A DNA stretch of 64,000 bases from Anaerolineales bacterium (GTDB taxonomy: Bacteria; Chloroflexota; Anaerolineae; Anaerolineales; E44-bin32): assembly GCA_016927115.1 (NCBI GenBank), contig JAFGNH010000170.1:7541-71540 (forward strand), written 5' to 3'. A program made the translations under genes and the position numbers. The notes under the pieces are model-generated. The model saw only the letters and a list, made by a program, of their open reading frames with translations. It made no database searches and had not been told where the DNA came from. The stretch's first letter is position 1. Every line of letters starts with the position of its first letter. Shown here in pieces: positions 58,917 to 64,000 of this stretch.

Positions 58917-60521
58917 TCAGGTGATAATCGGAAGACTGACGATAAACTCTGTGCCCTGCCCGGTTTCACTCCGCACCTGGATTTTGCCCCCAAGCTGGCG
59001 AACGATCCTGTGGCACACCGAGAGTCCCAGCCCTGGTCCTTCACCTGGATCTTTTGTGGTATAGAAAGGTTCAAAAATACGGGAGAGTTTCTCTTCCGAT
59101 ATACCGATCCCATCATCCTGTACGGTTACCACAACATAGTTACCCTGCTGCACAGAAGTAATCCGGATACGTCCCTGCATCTGGTTTAACGCATCACGTG
59201 CGTTGAACAGCAGATTCAGCCACATCGCCTGCAGATGATTCGGGCTCGCCTGGAGCAGGGGAAGCTCAGGAGAAAGGAAAAGATCCAAATCAATCTCTTC
59301 CGAGGCCAGACGGTGTTTGATAAGATGAACTGCTGAACGGATCGATTCATTGATATCGGTCGGTTTGAAATTATATGAATCCTGTTGCGCGAGATCAAGC
59401 AGCGCCTGGACCACACCAAGTGCCCGATCCCCTGCCTGTGCAATCAGATCAATCGATTCCAGTTTGGAATCATCGGGTTCCAGTTCACGCTGCAAGAGCT
59501 GGCTGTTGGCAATAATTGCAACCAGGGGATTGTTTATTTCATGAGCAACTCCTGCCGCCAGCTGCTCCACAGCAGCCAGTTTTGCTGTGCGAGCCAGGGA
59601 TTCTATCAGACGGTTCTTCTCTGTCGCATCCTGTTCAAGTACAACAGCCTCAACCACCTGGCCATGATCATCCCGTAGAGGATAGGTGCTGATCTCCCAT
59701 TCCCGGGGATCGCCATCCTGTTCCCAATTCCTGCCCTGGCGAAACGTCATGATTCCCGCCGTTAATGATTCACCGATTCTGCATCCGGGGCATGGTTCTG
59801 ATCGATGATAGAGGGCTTCATAACAACGCAATCCCAACAGGCGATATGCCTCACTGTTACCCCGAAGCGCTGTGAAAGTATTGATCGCCACAAGGCGATA
59901 ATCCCGATCAATACAGTAGAATGGGAATGGCAGGTTATCAAACACATTGGCCAGAATCGAACGCTCACGCCTGATTTCCCAGCAGCGAGCTTCCAGATCT
60001 GCATTTAAAACTGTCTGTTGATGGATCTTTTGCCCGGAGATCACAACTGAGGCCAGCAGTGGGGCCAGCAGTTCCACGATATTCCGTTTATCCTGCCCGT
60101 CATTTGCCAAAAACGCGCTCCGTACCTCCACGACACCTATGGTCCGGTCCCTCGCTGTAAGTGGAACATACAGACTGGTTTCTGCAGTTGATCGATCGGT
60201 TTTGTTTCCATTCGATCGGTGTACATTTTCCTCTCTCCCTGATTGCTGCTGGATCGTCTCTCCAGACTGCAAACAGGCCGCAACCGGACCTTCTCCCACA
60301 CCAATAAACTCAAATTCAGCTGTGCCTGTATTAGCGTGACGATAAACCTGCAGTGTCTCCTTGTTTTCCTCGGATTGAAGGTATACAACACACATGTCAG
60401 CCCGGAGAAGTTCCGTTATCCCTGCTGCCGTGAGATTTACAGCTTCCACATTGCTGGTTGGCCTGGAAAGTGCCATGGTAATATCTTTAAGTTTGGTTTG
60501 AGTCCTACTATTTTCTGTCAT
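58917..60521 (-). CDS. cytoplasmic sensor histidine kinase (GAF-like + PAS-like + HisKA + HATPase_c)
   Basis: H-box AAGVAHEINNPLVAI, N-box LNLLFNARDA, G-boxes DDGIGI and GPGLGLSVC. There are no TM segments. I prefer the ATG at 60521 (MTENSRTQ..) over 60650. Confidence 0.8.
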   Translation of the reverse strand: MTENSRTQTKLKDITMALSRPTSNVEAVNLTAAGITELLRADMCVVYLQSEENKETLQVYRHANTGTAEFEFIGVGEGPVAACLQSGETIQQQSGREENVHRSNGNKTDRSTAETSLYVPLTARDRTIGVVEVRSAFLANDGQDKRNIVELLAPLLASVVISGQKIHQQTVLNADLEARCWEIRRERSILANVFDNLPFPFYCIDRDYRLVAINTFTALRGNSEAYRLLGLRCYEALYHRSEPCPGCRIGESLTAGIMTFRQGRNWEQDGDPREWEISTYPLRDDHGQVVEAVVLEQDATEKNRLIESLARTAKLAAVEQLAAGVAHEINNPLVAIIANSQLLQRELEPDDSKLESIDLIAQAGDRALGVVQALLDLAQQDSYNFKPTDINESIRSAVHLIKHRLASEEIDLDLFLSPELPLLQASPNHLQAMWLNLLFNARDALNQMQGRIRITSVQQGNYVVVTVQDDGIGISEEKLSRIFEPFYTTKDPGEGPGLGLSVCHRIVRQLGGKIQVRSETGQGTEFIVSLPIIT

Positions 60522-60941
60522 ATCCGCCTGTATCCACAAAGGCCCCCTTGCTCTCTGTTTTCCATTCAACCTGCAGAATGCTTTCTGCGGCCCCTCTCTG
60601 AATAGTTTTCTGGATGGTCGCTTCTTTTTCTGCGCACCCAGGAGAACCACTCATAAAACAGGCACCCTGCTGCCCTTCCCGTCAAACCAGACCATACGAA
60701 GGTCTGCATTTGAAGTATCGGCTGCTTCTGCTGTGACTCAATTGAATCTGAGTAAAAACGGGGTGAATATCCCTGCTGCCATCTATCCAGTCCGAACAGG
60801 AACGGAGCGATCTTGTCGCCAGCATCTCCTATCCCCTCCGCCTGGGCTGTCAAAACATATCACAGAACAGGAACCAAAACTCACCGGGCTGCAGAATGAG
60901 TATTGCTGACTCATGATAATGGCTTTACCTGCATCCTGTTC

Positions 60942-61454
60942 TCAGATTGGCTTATTCGGAACCATAAAATCACCTGAGGCTACCCCACTTTTATGCCCTT
61001 CACGAATGGCAAGGTGGATGCATATTCGTCCCAGAGAACAATCCAGAGGAACAATAATCCGTGCAAAATCCATCGTGGAGATACGGGACCCCTTTCCCAA
61101 CAGAAGTGCAGGTGGGGAAATATTAGATTCGAAACCAGCATCCGCTATCTTTACACTTGCCATACCAGTAATCACATTTCCCATCTCAGCTATACCGCTC
61201 TGGGCAAGCTCATTGAATTCGCTCAACACTTCCCCGAGCATGGACGAAGATAACGCCAGCGCAGTCTCCTCATTCATGCTGTAAAAAACAAGTCCTTCAA
61301 CCTGACCAACCAGGCTTAAGATCACTGTGACGTCATCTGTGATGAACGCCTCATTTTTCAGGCTGAGATTTCCCCGGCGGACCTCGGTCTTCGCATCCGC
61401 GAGCAGTGTTTCATACGCAGCTTCAATAAAGGGGTTGAGAAATTTTACATTCAT
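60942..61454 (-). CDS. cheX: CheX/CheC-family CheY-P phosphatase, paralog A
   Basis: MNVKFLNPFIEAAYETL.. and a single active-site consensus S-GIA-E-MG-N-x22-P (SGIAEMGNVITGMASVKIADAGFESNISPP). Confidence 0.75.
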   Translation of the reverse strand: MNVKFLNPFIEAAYETLLADAKTEVRRGNLSLKNEAFITDDVTVILSLVGQVEGLVFYSMNEETALALSSSMLGEVLSEFNELAQSGIAEMGNVITGMASVKIADAGFESNISPPALLLGKGSRISTMDFARIIVPLDCSLGRICIHLAIREGHKSGVASGDFMVPNKPI

Positions 61455-61517
61455 TCACATATCCTGCTTTCCGATAACTGGTTCATTAGCAATTTGCACC
61501 ATACCTCAACCATGCGA

Positions 61518-62033
61518 TTATTTGATCGCATCTGGAATAAGTTGAACAAAATTATTGTTTTCATGGTCAAGCGAACTCTCCCGTAACGCCAGGTGAGCTG
61601 TAATTATCCCGGCGTCAGTTGTCAGCGGAATAATAATCCGGGAAAAATCGACCATGGAAACTTTGGCTCCCTGCCCCTCAATCACAGTAGGCGGTGAGAT
61701 ATTAGACTCCATACCATCCTCCGAGAACTTGATACTCGCCCTTCCTGTGATCACGTTTCCCATTTCGGCTATGCCGCTGCGGGCAAGGTTATCAAATTCA
61801 GTAAATTCCTGCCCCATCATTCTGGTGACCAGGTTTAACGCCGTCCGGGTTGACAGGCCATATAGAGCCACGCCTTGCACAGCTCCAACAATGGAGATCA
61901 ATACAGTGATATCCTCTGTGGTCAGGGCAGATTTCTCCAATTCAATCTTGCCTTTCGTTACGGTCAGGCCTGTCTCGGCATGCAAAACATCATTGGCAGC
62001 TTCAAGAAAAGGGTTTAAAAATCGAACGTTCAT
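61518..62033 (-). CDS. cheX: CheX/CheC-family CheY-P phosphatase, paralog B
   Basis: MNVRFLNPFLEAANDVL.. and SGIAEMGNVITGRASIKFSEDGMESNISPP. It is colinear with paralog A, at roughly half identity by eye. Confidence 0.75.
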   Translation of the reverse strand: MNVRFLNPFLEAANDVLHAETGLTVTKGKIELEKSALTTEDITVLISIVGAVQGVALYGLSTRTALNLVTRMMGQEFTEFDNLARSGIAEMGNVITGRASIKFSEDGMESNISPPTVIEGQGAKVSMVDFSRIIIPLTTDAGIITAHLALRESSLDHENNNFVQLIPDAIK

Positions 62034-62036
62034 AGT

Positions 62037-62882
62037 TTACTCACTTCCCATCTTTAAGAATGACTCAGTTTCATTAATAAAGATCTGTATCCTATTTGCG
62101 AGTGCGCTGAAATCAGCATGGCTTAATCGCAGTCGTTCCAATGCACTCTCTTCAGGCAGCAGCTCTTCCTCCATATCAGAAGAAAGCTGGTTCATTGCGC
62201 AATCAGCCACATTTACTGCAGCAGCAAGGATCAGGCCTTCCGTCGCATTTTCAGGATTATGATGAAAAGCAATCGCATCCTGAAGTTCTAAGGGTAAATT
62301 CCATTGCTGTGTTATGGCTGCGCCAAGCTCTGCATGGTTAATACCAATCAGCTCCTGCTCCACCAGAATATAGGTTCGATCTCCCATTTTCGCAGTCTGG
62401 ATTGTGTGCTCACACAGATAGGAATCCAGGGCAAGCTTTCCAATATCGCACAACAGCCCAGCAAAATAAGCATCCTCTGCCTTGCGACGGCCAAAGATTT
62501 TTGTCACCCATCTTGCTCCCGCAGCGACTCCAATCGCATGTTTCCACAATTCACCGCGTTCCATATGATATCCATGGAGAGGCCGGTCCATTAGATTCAC
62601 CATCGAGGCTGCCAGGATCAAATTCTCCACGGTCCGGTATCCCAGGTAAACCATCGCTTGTTTCACGGTGGACACCGGGCGTGCCAAACCGTAATAAGCT
62701 GAATTTGCCCAACGCAGGATTAAAATGGTAAGAGCTTCATCCAGAGCGAGTATGTCCGCAATTTCGGAAATATTCGAATCAGGATCCTGGATCAATGTCA
62801 TTGCTCGCTGAGCAACATCCGGCATCGGAGGAAGTTCACCGATTTGTGCGATTAGTTTTTCTTTTGCCAGTTGTACATTCAT
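62037..62882 (-). CDS. HDOD domain protein (second copy in the window)
   Basis: LPPMPDVAQRAMTLIQDPDSNISEIADILALDEALTILILRWANSAYYGL...AGLLCDIGKLALDSYL...NHAELGAAITQQW. The ATG at 62882 is 1 nt after the cheR stop. Confidence 0.8.
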   Translation of the reverse strand: MNVQLAKEKLIAQIGELPPMPDVAQRAMTLIQDPDSNISEIADILALDEALTILILRWANSAYYGLARPVSTVKQAMVYLGYRTVENLILAASMVNLMDRPLHGYHMERGELWKHAIGVAAGARWVTKIFGRRKAEDAYFAGLLCDIGKLALDSYLCEHTIQTAKMGDRTYILVEQELIGINHAELGAAITQQWNLPLELQDAIAFHHNPENATEGLILAAAVNVADCAMNQLSSDMEEELLPEESALERLRLSHADFSALANRIQIFINETESFLKMGSE

Positions 62883-62883
62883 A

Positions 62884-63684
62884 TCAGCCTGTTTTCTGGT
62901 ACAGCGAGATTCCACAGCTTCGCAATCCCAAGTCCGCTGCCTGGGGAATGATCTCAGTGCCACCTACAAATAGAATTCCTCCAGGGCGCAGCGCCGCACT
63001 GAACTTTTGAAATAAATATTTCTTCGTCACGGTCGTGAAATAGATCACAACATTCCTGCAAATGATCAGATCAAAATTCTCTTCAAAATTATCATTTATA
63101 AGATCAAGTTCACTGAATTTGGCCCGTCGAATATACTCGGGTTTTACATAAAATGGAGGAGCAACGGAGATAAAATATTTTTCCAATCGCTCAGCTGAGA
63201 TGTTATCAACATCCTCTTTCCGATATGGACCTCCTTCGCTCGCTAATTTCAGGGCACCCCGGTCCAGATCGGTAGCCAGCAAGTGATAGGAATTACGATG
63301 GTTCATCTCATCAAGCTGGAAAATGAGGGAATAAGGCTCAGCACCAATTGAGCAGCCTGCACTCCAGAAGCGCATCTCCCCAGATGTGCGGCTTCCTGCT
63401 CTCCCAGCATACAGGAGCGGCAGGATCTCTTTCTGCATCGTCTTCCAACGCTCTGGATCCCGAAAAAATGAGGAAACGTTTATGGTGAGATAATCGCGAA
63501 GCCGGCCGTTTTCCTTCTCATCCTGCTTGATTTGCGCGAAATAGGTGTCCCAGTCAGAATACCCCGACCTCACAAGCCAGGAACCCAGGCGTCGCTTCAT
63601 CTGCTGATCTTTATAATGCTCAAGATCAATACCATATAATTGTTTTACTCTTACCTTGATATTTTGATATAACAAATCATCCAT
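62884..63684 (-). CDS. cheR: chemotaxis protein methyltransferase CheR
   Basis: LTINVSSFFRDPERWKTM...RFWSAGCSIGAEPYSL...LLATDLD...DLIICRNVVIYF. Confidence 0.9.
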   Translation of the reverse strand: MDDLLYQNIKVRVKQLYGIDLEHYKDQQMKRRLGSWLVRSGYSDWDTYFAQIKQDEKENGRLRDYLTINVSSFFRDPERWKTMQKEILPLLYAGRAGSRTSGEMRFWSAGCSIGAEPYSLIFQLDEMNHRNSYHLLATDLDRGALKLASEGGPYRKEDVDNISAERLEKYFISVAPPFYVKPEYIRRAKFSELDLINDNFEENFDLIICRNVVIYFTTVTKKYLFQKFSAALRPGGILFVGGTEIIPQAADLGLRSCGISLYQKTG

Positions 63685-63689
63685 ATTCT

Positions 63690-64000
63690 CTATCCCGGTA
63701 TACCAGTACTTTGTCCCTGATTATGGTGAAACGCCCGAACGGATGATTCCAGCGCAGCAGCCATTTCCTTCAACCCTACCACCTCATCAGGTAAACCAGC
63801 TTCCATTACAGACCTCGGCATGCCCCAGACAACACATGTGGACTGATCCTCTGCGATCACTTTTCCTCCAGCACTGTGAATAAGTGCCGAGCCATTCGTA
63901 CCATCGCGCCCCATCCCGGTCATTATCACTGCTATACATCGGTTGCCAAAGTATGAGGCAAGGGAAGACAGGGTTACATCTACAGCCGGGCGTACGCCAT
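63690..64000 (-). CDS. cheB: chemotaxis methylesterase CheB, C-terminal part (gene runs off the right edge)
   Basis: Hand-extended reading frame to the window edge: ..GVRPAVDVTLSSLASYFGNRCIAVIMTGMGRDGTNGSALIHSAGGKVIAEDQSTCVVWGMPRSV. Confidence 0.85.
   Translation of the reverse strand, partial: GVRPAVDVTLSSLASYFGNRCIAVIMTGMGRDGTNGSALIHSAGGKVIAEDQSTCVVWGMPRSVMEAGLPDEVVGLKEMAAALESSVRAFHHNQGQSTGIPG

Noticed and set aside
60714-60740. Minus-strand TTGA-N15-GCCGATAC upstream of the histidine kinase, considered as a sigma-28 promoter.
   Set aside because: The -10 box is good (7/8), but the -35 box matches only 2/4 of TAAA. This is too weak to call without transcription-start data.

Overview
This window is dominated by a monoderm-style (Bacillus/Clostridium/Thermotoga-like) flagellar and chemotaxis regulon, split into four blocks.

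(1) 0.9-13.5 kb, + strand: a putative flagellin-glycosylation island. It holds three paralogous GT-B-like proteins (two with N-terminal TPRs). It also holds a 2193-aa multi-catalytic protein (2 Maf/DUF115-like, 3 GT2, 1 GT4, TPR and 3 unassigned C-terminal repeats) and an FGE/SUMF1-like protein. The island ends in a terminator directly upstream of a sigma-28 promoter, a CsrA-type leader hairpin and a short Ser/Thr/Gly-rich flagellin.

(2) 13.9-30.2 kb, + strand: flagellin-fliD-flaG, fliS, then flgC-fliE-fliF-fliG-fliH-fliI-fliJ-SLT-flgB-fliK-flgD-(TIGR02530-like)-flgE. These are followed by a 7 x 12-bp tandem repeat, a second FliK-like gene and a stand-alone FlhB C-terminal-domain gene.

(3) 30.3-38.9 kb: unrelated accessory genes. 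These are a DMT-like membrane protein, an alpha/beta hydrolase, an alpha/alpha-toroid-like protein, membrane proteins, an MgsA-C-like protein, a nucleoside hydrolase, and two lipoprotein genes with reading-frame problems.

(4) 39.0-64.0 kb, - strand: cheB(partial)-cheR-HDOD-cheX-cheX and a GAF/PAS histidine kinase. Next comes flbD-motA-motB-fliL-fliM-fliN-fliO-fliP-fliQ-[HDOD + Asp-to-Glu pseudo-receiver]-fliR-flhB-flhA-flhF-(small membrane protein)-fliA-(HTH protein)-flgF-flgG. A sigma-28 promoter then drives flgM-flgN-flgK-flgL-fliW-csrA.

I recognised no rRNA, tRNA, CRISPR array, transposase or integrase. All functional calls come from reading the translated ORFs for family-diagnostic motifs and from gene context. 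No database search or alignment program was run, so family names are recognitions, not measured hits.
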